Shown here in pieces: positions 29,161 to 39,333 of a stretch of DNA of 64,000 nucleotides. Each line of letters starts with the position of its first letter. Position 1 is the first letter of the stretch. A model generated the notes under the pieces. That model was given only the letters and a program-made list of their open reading frames with translations. It searched no databases and had not been told where the DNA came from. Where the stretch lies: the NCBI GenBank assembly GCA_036170905.1, contig JAVHQB010000093.1, forward strand, positions 123 to 64,122, read 5' to 3'. The stretch is from Minisyncoccota bacterium. GTDB taxonomy: Bacteria > Patescibacteriota > Minisyncoccia > UBA6257 > JAVHQB01. Made by a program: the position numbers and the translations under genes.

Positions 29161-29901
29161 TTAAGATTTTAGATCAATTAATTTTGACCTGTTTAAAAAT
29201 GCCAATATAACGATGGTTATAAAAATTATAATCCGCTGGCAAAATACCGCCGTTTCACTGCCAAAAAGCCTTATCGTCCAAAGATGAATAAAGGGCAGCA
29301 GAAAAAAGATCATTTTCCAATTTTTATCCTTCCACTGGGAGCATTCAATTAAAAAGTAAGCGGCTAAAAAGAAAAAACTAAAATAAAATCCCTCCATAAA
29401 AGGATGCCTCGGATGACCGATTAAAAATATATCATTGGGAATAATGGGAACAAGCCATTTCTGCCAGTCAACTATACTTATTATTTTTACAATTGGGCAC
29501 AAAATAACACTAATTACTAAGGAGCTCAAAAATAATGTAAGAAAAAGTCGTTTTTTGAAAATATCAAAACATTGTAAGATTTTTTCGGCTATAAACCAAC
29601 CAAGATAAAATAATGACATCCATCCCAACAAAGTAATTACGGCAATAAAAAAAGTAAAAATAGCTTTAGGCTCAGGCGAAACTGAATATAACAACCGGTC
29701 CATATCGGCTGGTTTATCTGCTAGCGTCAAGGAAAACAGGATAGGGCTTATATCCCTCCAGATCCAAAACAAAATATAGAAAAAAGAAAAAAAGAAAAAA
29801 TTAAAAGTTAACCTGGACCCTCTCCTGAGACAACAATCCCGTATAAAAAATACAAGAGCTGATAATATAAGGATATTTAAAGCAATTAATATTGGCAACA
29901 T
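29161..29901 (-). CDS. Multi-pass membrane protein, paralog family member 4 of 4; function unknown
   Basis: Motifs: GSRLTFNFFFFSF, GWMSLFYLGWFIAEK, FLIECSQWKDKNWKMIFFLLPFI. Confidence 0.5.
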   Translation of the reverse strand: MLPILIALNILILSALVFFIRDCCLRRGSRLTFNFFFFSFFYILFWIWRDISPILFSLTLADKPADMDRLLYSVSPEPKAIFTFFIAVITLLGWMSLFYLGWFIAEKILQCFDIFKKRLFLTLFLSSLVISVILCPIVKIISIVDWQKWLVPIIPNDIFLIGHPRHPFMEGFYFSFFFLAAYFLIECSQWKDKNWKMIFFLLPFIHLWTIRLFGSETAVFCQRIIIFITIVILAFLNRSKLIDLKS

Positions 29902-29910
29902 TTTATAAAT

Positions 29911-31455
29911 TTATTTAAAATAATATACTTGCATTCCCCTGAATTCCTCTATTTTAAGGATCAAATCATCCGCGTGCATATCCATCCATTTTTTTAGTTT
30001 CTGAGAAACAAAGGGAGAATCACCCCAATGCGAACAAATAATCCAAATACCGGAATTTTCATCTTTTTTAAGCCCTTCTATGTCTATTGTCTGATAATCA
30101 AGTGACTCTTTCAAACACACTGCCGAATATCTATCGTTTTCATCTATATCATCGCCAAAAGAATTGTCTAAATAAAGTTTATTTTTTAGATCAGGAGAAC
30201 AATAATATTCAAGCGATGGCCAAAAACTATGATGCGAAAGGACTATAATATCTCCTTTGTGATATTTTAAGATAATATACTTCATTGCCTCTTTAAATTG
30301 TTTCTTTATAGAAACTACCCCGATAGAAGACCTAAAACTATTCCCATAATAATAATTTTTTAACGATATTGTAATTAAAATAACGGATGAAAATATTACC
30401 AGGGCCAGAATAACTTTATTCTTATGGAAAAACTCAATCCCTTTTGACAATATAATATAATAAAAAAAAGAAACAGTAATTAACGTACGATCTAAATATA
30501 TCGGCCGTATTACTTTTGAAAAAACCAAGATTATTACTGGAATAAATAAATAACTTAGCGATATCAATAACCTTTCTTTAGGGTTCCAGCCGGGACTGCT
30601 TTCATCTGTTAAGCTAAAAGATACCATTGCCCATATGCCGCAAAAAAATAGACCGGCTATCAAAAGCCCTGGAAATATAAAATTCAAATTCAAAGTATAG
30701 TAACCTAGGGTAAAATTCCCAAATATATGAAATATGTCCTCTACTGAAACTGGAGGAATCCAAAAATTATTCGTAACCCTTCTCAAATGTTCAATACAAA
30801 CAAACATCCAAGGGATAAACAATAAAAAAATCACAGACTGCGCAATTATCCATTTCTTAAATAAATCCTTGCTATATTTTTTGTAGCTAAATATCATAAA
30901 TAAATTTTGGGCAAAAATATTTATGAAACCAAAATAATGCGTATAAACACTAAGTGTCGTAAAAAGTATGTACCCTAACCACAATCCAATTTTATTTTCT
31001 TTTATTATTTTAATAAAAAAGTAGAGAGATACTAACGATAAAAGAAAAAACAGCGAATAACTTTTAACTTCCTGAGCATAATATATATGAAAAGGTGAAA
31101 CAGTAATAAAAAAGGCTGTATATAAAGCTACGCGTTTATTAAAAATCAGCTTTACAGTTTTATAACCAACAATAATACTGAATGCGCTAAAAATTACGGA
31201 AGGGATTCTGACTAATTCTTCACTTTGCCCTAAATATAACCAAAAATGCATAATCAACCGATATAATGGCGGATGAATTCCTTCAGTATTAACCTGAAAT
31301 AAAGCCGCAAGAGTTTTTTGCGCCTCAAGTAAAACAAGTGCTTCATCGTACCATAAAGATTTTGAACCTAAACAGCAGGCTCTTAGCAATAATCCCAGTA
31401 AAAACAAAATAATAATACCCAAATTATCTGACAATATTTTTTTAAAATTATTCAT
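29911..31455 (-). CDS. GT-C-fold glycosyltransferase, ArnT/PMT-like family (GT39/GT83-like); uses a polyprenyl-phosphate sugar donor
   Basis: Eleven or more transmembrane helices. SLWYDEALV is a DE-type motif in the first extracytoplasmic loop. Confidence 0.65.
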   Translation of the reverse strand: MNNFKKILSDNLGIIILFLLGLLLRACCLGSKSLWYDEALVLLEAQKTLAALFQVNTEGIHPPLYRLIMHFWLYLGQSEELVRIPSVIFSAFSIIVGYKTVKLIFNKRVALYTAFFITVSPFHIYYAQEVKSYSLFFLLSLVSLYFFIKIIKENKIGLWLGYILFTTLSVYTHYFGFINIFAQNLFMIFSYKKYSKDLFKKWIIAQSVIFLLFIPWMFVCIEHLRRVTNNFWIPPVSVEDIFHIFGNFTLGYYTLNLNFIFPGLLIAGLFFCGIWAMVSFSLTDESSPGWNPKERLLISLSYLFIPVIILVFSKVIRPIYLDRTLITVSFFYYIILSKGIEFFHKNKVILALVIFSSVILITISLKNYYYGNSFRSSIGVVSIKKQFKEAMKYIILKYHKGDIIVLSHHSFWPSLEYYCSPDLKNKLYLDNSFGDDIDENDRYSAVCLKESLDYQTIDIEGLKKDENSGIWIICSHWGDSPFVSQKLKKWMDMHADDLILKIEEFRGMQVYYFK

Positions 31456-31498
31456 ATTATTTTAACTAACGTAAAAATAGGATATTAAATTAAAACCC

Positions 31499-32905
31499 TT
31501 AATTAAAAGAATAAGAAAACACCATATTTACGCCTGCCTTTATATAATTTAATAATTGCCTGAAGCTTTTTAACCTTAAGATAATCTTAATAATGCGTAA
31601 AGGGTGCAGGTAAAAACCTAAATTACCTTTTTTTACATATTGCGTAATAATATTCGCGGGTAATTGTGTTTTGGCGATAGCCGGAAAATCCTGTTTATCA
31701 TCAAGAATAAAACAACGCCAATAATCCTCTTGATGATTACTTAAATAATCTTTATACAATTGCGTACCCGGAATTATAGTAAACCTGGAAAATTGGACAA
31801 AGTCAAATCCCACTTTCCTGGAAAATCGTATAGTATTATTTATTGTGAAACGGGTTTCACCGGGTGAGCCTAACATAAAAAAACCAAAGGAAGATATCCC
31901 TGCTTTCCTGGTTAAATTTACAACATCCTGGATTTGAGAAACAGATATAACCGGCCTTTTTAAATTTTTAAGAATTAGCTGGTCCGTTGATTCTATCCCA
32001 TACATAATCATTTTACAACCGCTGGCGGACATCTCTTTCAATAATTCTCCATCGACATAATTAATATGGGACCTAGTAACCCAGGTAAAATTCAATTTTT
32101 TTGCTCTCATTCTTTGACATAGATCAATGGTTCTTTCTTTGTTTGCACTAAATATAGAATCATAAATATCAAGTTCCCTGATATCAAAGCGATAATAGCA
32201 TTCTATCATTTCTGCAATTACATCTTCAATCTTTCTTAGCTGAAGTTCTCCGCATAAGCAACAATAAATGCATTTAAATGAGCATCCTTTGCTTGTAATC
32301 AAAGCGGTAAAATTTTTTTTAGAAGAAAATGGGGAATAATATTTATGATTTGGCAAGAGCTCTCTGGCTGGGAAAGGCAACGCATCAATACTTTTTGGCG
32401 CTTCTTTCTTTTCATTAATAACTACATTTCCACCTATACGAAAACATAAACCGGGGATGTTGGAGAAATCCCCTTGATTATTAAAAACTTTTAAAAATTC
32501 GGGAAGTGAATCCAGTCCACTGCCAATAATAGCGAAGTCGATTTCTTTATGCTGCATTACCTCCCAAGCATATAAATCTAGTAACGCTCCCCCGATTATT
32601 ACAGGTATATTTATTATTTTTTTTACCACGCCAATCCAGGAAGTTACATTATGAAAAGAACTGGTAGTAACTGTAAATCCCAATAGATCCGGAGAAGAAT
32701 CTTTTATCTTTTTTATAACCTCGCTTAGATCAAGATTTAATATATTCCCATCTATAATGACTGCTTGATGACCTGCTTTTTTAATGATTGCAGCAACATA
32801 AGCTAAACTAAGTGGAGGATAACGCATAATCTGCTCATACCCACCTATGCCAAAAGATTTCTTTTGGTACTTATCAAACTGAGGATATATTAAAGCTATT
32901 TTCAT
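31499..32905 (-). CDS. B12-binding-domain radical SAM enzyme
   Basis: N-terminus MKIALIYPQF...PPLSLAYVAA...LLGFTV. TSKGCSFKCIYC is the CxxxCxxC motif. Confidence 0.7.
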   Translation of the reverse strand: MKIALIYPQFDKYQKKSFGIGGYEQIMRYPPLSLAYVAAIIKKAGHQAVIIDGNILNLDLSEVIKKIKDSSPDLLGFTVTTSSFHNVTSWIGVVKKIINIPVIIGGALLDLYAWEVMQHKEIDFAIIGSGLDSLPEFLKVFNNQGDFSNIPGLCFRIGGNVVINEKKEAPKSIDALPFPARELLPNHKYYSPFSSKKNFTALITSKGCSFKCIYCCLCGELQLRKIEDVIAEMIECYYRFDIRELDIYDSIFSANKERTIDLCQRMRAKKLNFTWVTRSHINYVDGELLKEMSASGCKMIMYGIESTDQLILKNLKRPVISVSQIQDVVNLTRKAGISSFGFFMLGSPGETRFTINNTIRFSRKVGFDFVQFSRFTIIPGTQLYKDYLSNHQEDYWRCFILDDKQDFPAIAKTQLPANIITQYVKKGNLGFYLHPLRIIKIILRLKSFRQLLNYIKAGVNMVFSYSFN

Positions 32906-32926
32906 TTTTGATTATTTAACATCTTT

Positions 32927-34411
32927 TTATTTATATATTATTAAATAAAAATATAATGAAACGCCTGAATATGTTTTTATCAAATCTACTACCGCATAAC
33001 CGCTTAAAACATCCTGATCTAACTTTTCTTTTGAGATAAATATATATTTTACATTTTTCAATAAGTTTACAGTTTTAAGAGTTACTACATCAAACACGTT
33101 GTTATTTAAAATACTCCTCTCTTCATTACCATCTGCGTAAAAATCAATATAACCCGGCAAATACATCCATATTCTGCGGATTATCTTATCAGTTATCAAC
33201 GCCCCCGGAACAATGCATACCTTCGTAATATCTCCCTGTCGCATATAAGCGTTTAACCATCCGGCAGCATCTTTAACTAGATTCTCCTGTTCGCTGGACA
33301 TGGAATCATTAACAACTGTATGGTCATGCTGTAATTGGAATATCTGAAACGCCATAATAATAATTAATATACTTATAGCGCCTGCCAAAATTAACTTATT
33401 ACGAAAATTATATCTACGCGATAGCCTGTCTATTGTTTTCCCGGCATATAAAGCAGCTATCGGAACCGATGGCATTAGAATTCTTATTTCTCGGCAAAAC
33501 ATGCCACCCGAATCCAAAAAATGCAATATTTGGAAAATTATTAAGAAAAAAACATGCGCGATAAAACAAATCTTCAGAAACCTATATCTCCTATCATTTA
33601 AAGTGGCAGCTATTCCTATCACAGATAATATTATTAAAGGATGAGCTATAAGGATACCAATCAGACTGCCTAAACCTTGAAAAGAAGTCATGGAATTACC
33701 AGGATCTTTGTCTGGAAGATAAAAAATAAACTTACTAATCCCAAGCCCTAATAACTGGCTATTAAGCATAATCCAGAAAAGTGTCGGCAAAAAAAGGAAA
33801 ACCAGGTGTTTAATCCTAACTTGTTTATGGAGCAAGTAAACCCAAATAAATACATATAATAAACCTTCTTGCCGGATTAAGGGTAAAAATGCAATTACTA
33901 AAATAGAAAAACTATACCTCTCTTGATATAGTAAATAAATTGCCAATATAATAAAAAAAGAATACATTACTTCGGATAATGTGGACAAAGACAGAAGAAA
34001 ATAAACCGGAAAGGTAACTAACAATATCATAGTCAGGTATGCAGCGAACTTCGAAAAGGATAACAACCGTGTCAGCTTATAGGTTAGAATAATAATGCCG
34101 CCGGAAAATAGCACATTCATTATCCTAAGAGAGGACATCCCAAAAGGTAAAATATTATAAAACAACCCCGCAATGAACATATAGCCTATCTTGCAATAAT
34201 AATTCAATGCAATTACCGGATTAAATAGTAATGTTTTTACATGGCAATATCTGAATATATCATCAACCTGGTATAAAAAAAACCTATCCAAGAGGCCTGC
34301 CCTGCGGATATCACTGATAAACCAAACCAAACCAAACAAAACCACCTCAATAATGGTTATGGTCAACCAAGGAAATAGCTTTAATTTAGATTTATACAAC
34401 AAATTTGGCAT
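32927..34411 (-). CDS. Polytopic membrane protein, probably a GT-C-like glycosyltransferase
   Basis: Twelve or more transmembrane helices. LYQVDDIFRY is a DD motif after the first helix. It sits beside a B12-radical SAM gene and a secreted-protein gene, as the other GT-C units in this window do. Confidence 0.35.
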   Translation of the reverse strand: MPNLLYKSKLKLFPWLTITIIEVVLFGLVWFISDIRRAGLLDRFFLYQVDDIFRYCHVKTLLFNPVIALNYYCKIGYMFIAGLFYNILPFGMSSLRIMNVLFSGGIIILTYKLTRLLSFSKFAAYLTMILLVTFPVYFLLSLSTLSEVMYSFFIILAIYLLYQERYSFSILVIAFLPLIRQEGLLYVFIWVYLLHKQVRIKHLVFLFLPTLFWIMLNSQLLGLGISKFIFYLPDKDPGNSMTSFQGLGSLIGILIAHPLIILSVIGIAATLNDRRYRFLKICFIAHVFFLIIFQILHFLDSGGMFCREIRILMPSVPIAALYAGKTIDRLSRRYNFRNKLILAGAISILIIIMAFQIFQLQHDHTVVNDSMSSEQENLVKDAAGWLNAYMRQGDITKVCIVPGALITDKIIRRIWMYLPGYIDFYADGNEERSILNNNVFDVVTLKTVNLLKNVKYIFISKEKLDQDVLSGYAVVDLIKTYSGVSLYFYLIIYK

Positions 34412-34421
34412 ATCTGGCTTC

Positions 34422-35135
34422 CTAATTTATCGTTATATTAATGCCATTGATATCCTTGTCTTTTACAATCACAGGATTACTAATATAAGCAGCCCTAGGA
34501 CAGAGAGGAGAATTTCCGCTACTTACCCCCTCTGGAATATTTATGGCAATAATACAAACTTTGCCAATATCAAGAGGCACCTTTACACTAAAATCTCCAG
34601 GCTTACCTAAAGAAACTCTGGCAATATCCGGAGGAAGGCGAATTTTTTTAAAATGCTCCGGGCTATAAATACAAACAACTATTTTTCCATTTTTATATTG
34701 AGCAGATAAAATTTTACCTGATAACTTGATAGTTTCGCCTTGATAATCATCCATTAAAAGTTTATTTGTTTTTAAAATAATATCATAATGTAGAATATCA
34801 TCCTTTCCTACTTTTATAGGATCCGATATAAAGTAGGCAAACGATTCATGAAGGGAACCCTTATTTCTTGCGCATATATGTATATTATTATAATCCTTGG
34901 GAATTTTCAGTTTATAATGGCCTGGACCGGATAAATAAGTTAGCCCTTCTTGCCAGGGCATTCCAAGTTTTAATTTTGTAGTCCAGTAGAGCTCTATGCT
35001 TCCTTTTTTAAATTCATCATAAATAATTTCTCCTGAAATAGTAACATCCGGTTTAGGCTGCCGGTAAAAAAATAAAAATATCAGTGATAGTAGTAATAAC
35101 AGTAAAAAAACAAATTTCATTTTTTTTATTAACAT
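34422..35135 (-). CDS. Secreted or membrane-anchored protein of unknown function; paralog of 47668-48360
   Basis: N-terminal hydrophobic anchor. DDYQGETIKLSGKILSAQYKNGKIVVCIYSPE aligns with DNYEQATVKVSGNILSPDYKGLIYVSISTLE in the paralog. Confidence 0.45.
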   Translation of the reverse strand: MLIKKMKFVFLLLLLLSLIFLFFYRQPKPDVTISGEIIYDEFKKGSIELYWTTKLKLGMPWQEGLTYLSGPGHYKLKIPKDYNNIHICARNKGSLHESFAYFISDPIKVGKDDILHYDIILKTNKLLMDDYQGETIKLSGKILSAQYKNGKIVVCIYSPEHFKKIRLPPDIARVSLGKPGDFSVKVPLDIGKVCIIAINIPEGVSSGNSPLCPRAAYISNPVIVKDKDINGINITIN

Positions 35136-35279
35136 TTTTATATTCTTCCCGCTACTAAATTATTTATTAAAACACTCCCTCGATAAAACAGCGGCTATTT
35201 ATCTGCTAACAATCTACTCCCTTCCGGATTACAATGACTAAGATCTCTTTTCACCATAATGCTTTTTTTAATTTCTTTA

Positions 35280-36662
35280 TCACCGTAAGAAAATACTTCT
35301 GAGAATTTTTTTTAATCCAAAGGTTTTAATCAGGCTGAACAGCCTCAGCGGATTAGAATAATACCGCAGATATCCTAAAAACTGGTATCTTTTAAGATCT
35401 CTTTCCCTGATATCCTTCAAATCAATAGGAACAGTAATATTTTTAGAAAAATTGATCCAGCATATTTGCTTAAAGACACTCTCATTTTTTGATGCTTGCT
35501 TAAAGATATCTGTTCCCGGGTAAGGAAATAAGATGTTTATCGAGAGGTAATCCGGCCCCAGAGACCTTGCAAACGAAATGGTCTTTTTTATATCCGGCCT
35601 GGTCTCAAACGGGTAACCGATAATTACGCTTATATGTGTAATAATGCCATTTTCCTTTAAACACTTTGTAATACTGCGCATATTATTAATGCTGATATTT
35701 TTATTCATTCTGCTTAATGTAACTTCAGATCCTGACTCTACACCAAGCATTATTCTATTAAATCCCGCTTCTTTCATTTTCTCAATTAAATTACTATCCA
35801 AAAGATCCGCCCTTGTAGAGCATCCAAAATTTATATGTTTACTTAACCTACTATTTATTATTTCCTGACAGAATCTTAGTGTACGTTCCCTATCAAAAGT
35901 AAACACCTCGTCTAATATTGCGAAATTCTTTGCCCGGTATTTATTAAAATTTGAATCTATCTCCTCTAATACATTATCTATCATTCTCTGCCTAACTTTT
36001 TTGCCGTGCAAATCATAGCAAAAAGTACAGCTATACGGACAGCCTCTCTGAGTGATCAACGGTAATTCCAATGTATTACCAGAAAATTTAATAAGAGGAC
36101 TGTAGTTTTTATAGCCAGCCAGGCCCCAGTCAGGAAACAAGAGAGAATCTAGGTCATCAATAAATAAGTTTTCTCTACCAATGACATTTTTCCCGTTTTT
36201 GCGGCTATAAACCCCATTCAGGCCGACAGCCTCTTTATCATTGTCCAGATATTCCAAAAGCATCGGAAAACTCTTTTCTCCTTCTCCGGCTATAACAAAA
36301 TCAATATTGCCGTTCTCCCGCAAAGCCTCCTCAGGCAAGGCAGACACGTGCGATCCTCCTAAGATTATTTTCAGGCCATTGTTTATGCGCTTTAAAATAT
36401 CCGCAATTTCAAAAGCGCTTACAATATTTTCCGTATAGGCGGAAATCCCCACATAATCAGGTGAAAATTCGTTTATTGTTTTTATGAATTCATCATAACC
36501 AAGCTGATTAATGAATAAATCCAAAACCTTAACTTCATATTTATTTTTAGGGAGATTTGAAGCAATATAAATAAGGCCGGTCGGATAATAATGATATGTA
36601 GACTTAGAGTATCGGTACTTCTTGGTTAAAAAATAAGGATTTATTAATAGAACTTTGCGCAA
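35280..36662 (-). CDS. B12-binding-domain radical SAM enzyme
   Basis: N-terminus MRKVLLINPYF...YPTGLIYIAS. TQRGCPYSCTFC is the CxxxCxxC motif. Confidence 0.7.
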   Translation of the reverse strand: MRKVLLINPYFLTKKYRYSKSTYHYYPTGLIYIASNLPKNKYEVKVLDLFINQLGYDEFIKTINEFSPDYVGISAYTENIVSAFEIADILKRINNGLKIILGGSHVSALPEEALRENGNIDFVIAGEGEKSFPMLLEYLDNDKEAVGLNGVYSRKNGKNVIGRENLFIDDLDSLLFPDWGLAGYKNYSPLIKFSGNTLELPLITQRGCPYSCTFCYDLHGKKVRQRMIDNVLEEIDSNFNKYRAKNFAILDEVFTFDRERTLRFCQEIINSRLSKHINFGCSTRADLLDSNLIEKMKEAGFNRIMLGVESGSEVTLSRMNKNISINNMRSITKCLKENGIITHISVIIGYPFETRPDIKKTISFARSLGPDYLSINILFPYPGTDIFKQASKNESVFKQICWINFSKNITVPIDLKDIRERDLKRYQFLGYLRYYSNPLRLFSLIKTFGLKKILRSIFLR

Positions 36663-36663
36663 T

Positions 36664-38121
36664 TTAATCCTTAAAAGGGTTTATTTTCCAGCTTTTCAAG
36701 TAATTTTTAAATAATAAAAAGGCGCCAAAGATCAAATCAGATAGAGAAAAGGTTCTCTGGATTAAATGTTTTAAGATAATCCTGGGCCGCATATAAAAAT
36801 CAAACATGCCTTTTCTTTGAAGATCAGTTAACTTTTGCTTGGTTATGGCATTGGAACTGTAAATTATTTCACCACCCCAGCTTGACCAATCATGCCAGCT
36901 GGTGAATTTATTATCTATTTTATCAATACTACCTATCCTGTCTTTATTTTCTTCAAAAAATATAGACCCTGGAAAAGGAACGGCTATATTGAATTTAATC
37001 AAATCAGGGTCTAATTCCTTGGCAAATTTGATTGTCTGACGGCAGGTATCCTGCGTATCCGGAGGTAACCCCAGCATGAATAACCCCAAACTACGGATAT
37101 TGCATTTTTTTGTATACTCCATTGCCTTTCTTGCCTCATCCAAAGTAGTCTTTTTGCCTGTATAATCAAGGACCTTTTGATTGCCTACTTCAAAACCATA
37201 CATAATTAAGTAAAGATTAGCCTCCTTCATCCGCTGCATCAACTCTAAATCCACCATATCCACGCGCGTCTCGGTAAACCATTTTATTTTCTTATGTAGT
37301 TTACGCCGGATAAACTCATCACAAAACTCCAGACCCGAATCTTTGGAAAAAGGAAAATAAGCATCCGTAAAACCTATGTATTTCATATTAAATTCATCAT
37401 AAAGATATTCTATTTCATCAACGACTTTCGGTATTTTTCTATAGCGCGGTTTCTTATAAAATTTATCCTGTGAACAAAATAAACAATTGTAAAGACAACC
37501 TCGTGAGGCCTGCACAGGCAAAACAAGGCTATTGTAAATCCCTAACATAGGATATCTTCTATAATAGCTTAGATTCAAAGAATGCCAGTCAGGATAAACA
37601 AGCGAGTCTAAATCTTCAATGATCTCTCTGTCAGGATTGTGCATAATCTTCCCATTATGGAGAAAACTAATCCCTTTAATACCTTCAAGTTTTAAGTTTT
37701 TATCCAAGGCAATGGCTGTTTCTAAAAAAGATTCTTCCCCTTCTCCTTTCACAACAATATCGGCAAAACCCTGGGTTAGGAGTTCTTGCGCAAAAAGCGT
37801 GGGATGAATATTACCCAATACGATCTTTGTAGGTATCCCGGCATGTTTTATTCCGCTAACCAGCCTCTTTACATTGCTCATCGCCGTGGTAAGACAGGAA
37901 AATCCTACAATCTGGGGGGAAAAATCGGATATTTTCTTAATCAATGCTTCATTAGTTATGCCGCTGGCATATTGGTCTTCTACCAAAACTTCTAGATTAT
38001 TATTTCTTAGCACTGCCGACAGAGATGCTAGCCCAAGCGGCGGCAAAGGCGTGACCGAACGAAAATAAGTACTGCTTAATCTCGCTAAATCAGACATTGG
38101 ATTTATTAACGCTATTCTCAT
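36664..38121 (-). CDS. B12-binding-domain radical SAM enzyme
   Basis: N-terminus MRIALINPM...PPLGLASLSA. ASRGCLYNCLFC is the CxxxCxxC motif. Confidence 0.7.
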   Translation of the reverse strand: MRIALINPMSDLARLSSTYFRSVTPLPPLGLASLSAVLRNNNLEVLVEDQYASGITNEALIKKISDFSPQIVGFSCLTTAMSNVKRLVSGIKHAGIPTKIVLGNIHPTLFAQELLTQGFADIVVKGEGEESFLETAIALDKNLKLEGIKGISFLHNGKIMHNPDREIIEDLDSLVYPDWHSLNLSYYRRYPMLGIYNSLVLPVQASRGCLYNCLFCSQDKFYKKPRYRKIPKVVDEIEYLYDEFNMKYIGFTDAYFPFSKDSGLEFCDEFIRRKLHKKIKWFTETRVDMVDLELMQRMKEANLYLIMYGFEVGNQKVLDYTGKKTTLDEARKAMEYTKKCNIRSLGLFMLGLPPDTQDTCRQTIKFAKELDPDLIKFNIAVPFPGSIFFEENKDRIGSIDKIDNKFTSWHDWSSWGGEIIYSSNAITKQKLTDLQRKGMFDFYMRPRIILKHLIQRTFSLSDLIFGAFLLFKNYLKSWKINPFKD

Positions 38122-38145
38122 GAAAATTTCCTTCTCAAATATAAT

Positions 38146-39333
38146 TTATTTAAAATATCTGAACATATCTCCTGAAACAATACTTTTTAGACAACTTTTA
38201 TAATATTCTTTAGTTTTACTGTTTAAGTATGGATCTGTAATACGGACTGCTTGCGTACTAATATCATCGCAATAATTACATTGCTGGCATAATTTCTTAG
38301 CGCATTCCATTTTCATTATATTTTCGATAAAACCGTTCAATTTTTTATTATCAATGTAGATAAAATTATTAAACAATCCTGTTAATTTTTTTAATTTGAA
38401 AATATTAACTGTAAATGGACGAAAAAAATATTTAAGCTTAGGGAAAAAATCAGCGTTTAAAAATATCTTATTCTTTGCGGGATTAGGAAATAAATCCAGT
38501 AAATTACCTTCATAATTACGCTGGCTATAAGATTTTACAATGGATAATATTTCATCTGTGGGCATGCCTCTATCTATTATTTTAAAATAATCTACGCCTA
38601 ATTTCTCATAGTGGCATACATCTTCAGGCCTTATCCAGGTGCTACGTATATAATTCACAGGTTTAACCATCTGTAGATAACGGCATTGTATACGGCAATA
38701 ATCTATGACAAATCCTCCGCAAGAATGACCCGATTGAGAAGCATGAGAAGCGACATTAGCGTGATACCTGTAAAAAGGGCACTTATATAAACAATTTGCA
38801 TTCAAAATAAGCTTTAACTGACATTTCACGCTATCCCTTATATGTTTTAGCATAGAAAAATCCCTATTTGCATCAACATTAAGCAGGGTAATCCTCTTAG
38901 CGCCTAAATCCTCCCAGTATCGCGCCTTAATAGCTGTATTAACACCGGCTAAAGTAGAAACATATATCTTTACTTGCGGGGAATACTTCTTAACCAGTTC
39001 CAGAAGATAAGGGGTGCCTACTGTAATTGAATCTACTCCTAAGCTAGTAGTCCACTCAATAAGCTGAATTATTTTTTTCCGGCCGATAGAAGTCCACTCC
39101 CTATTATCAAGGCAGCTGCTGTTTAAAAGATAATTAAATTCTAACCTATATTCATGCGCCTTTTTAACATTATCGGCAATCTTCTTTTTGAACGTAAAAG
39201 GTGTCTGGAAAGAATGTTTTCCCCCGCCGATAAAATCAGCAGTTAATTTACCATAAAGCTCCACAACTTCAGGATACCTGCCCAATTGTGGAATAAGATC
39301 ATCTTCTCCGTTAAAAGGCACTGACAACTTCAT
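38146..39333 (-). CDS. Peptidase-U32-family-like protein (paralog of 24987-26174)
   Basis: Collinear with 24987-26174: VDSITVGTPYLL...IYVSTLAGVNT...LGAKRITLL...LKLILNANCLYKCPF. Confidence 0.45.
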   Translation of the reverse strand: MKLSVPFNGEDDLIPQLGRYPEVVELYGKLTADFIGGGKHSFQTPFTFKKKIADNVKKAHEYRLEFNYLLNSSCLDNREWTSIGRKKIIQLIEWTTSLGVDSITVGTPYLLELVKKYSPQVKIYVSTLAGVNTAIKARYWEDLGAKRITLLNVDANRDFSMLKHIRDSVKCQLKLILNANCLYKCPFYRYHANVASHASQSGHSCGGFVIDYCRIQCRYLQMVKPVNYIRSTWIRPEDVCHYEKLGVDYFKIIDRGMPTDEILSIVKSYSQRNYEGNLLDLFPNPAKNKIFLNADFFPKLKYFFRPFTVNIFKLKKLTGLFNNFIYIDNKKLNGFIENIMKMECAKKLCQQCNYCDDISTQAVRITDPYLNSKTKEYYKSCLKSIVSGDMFRYFK

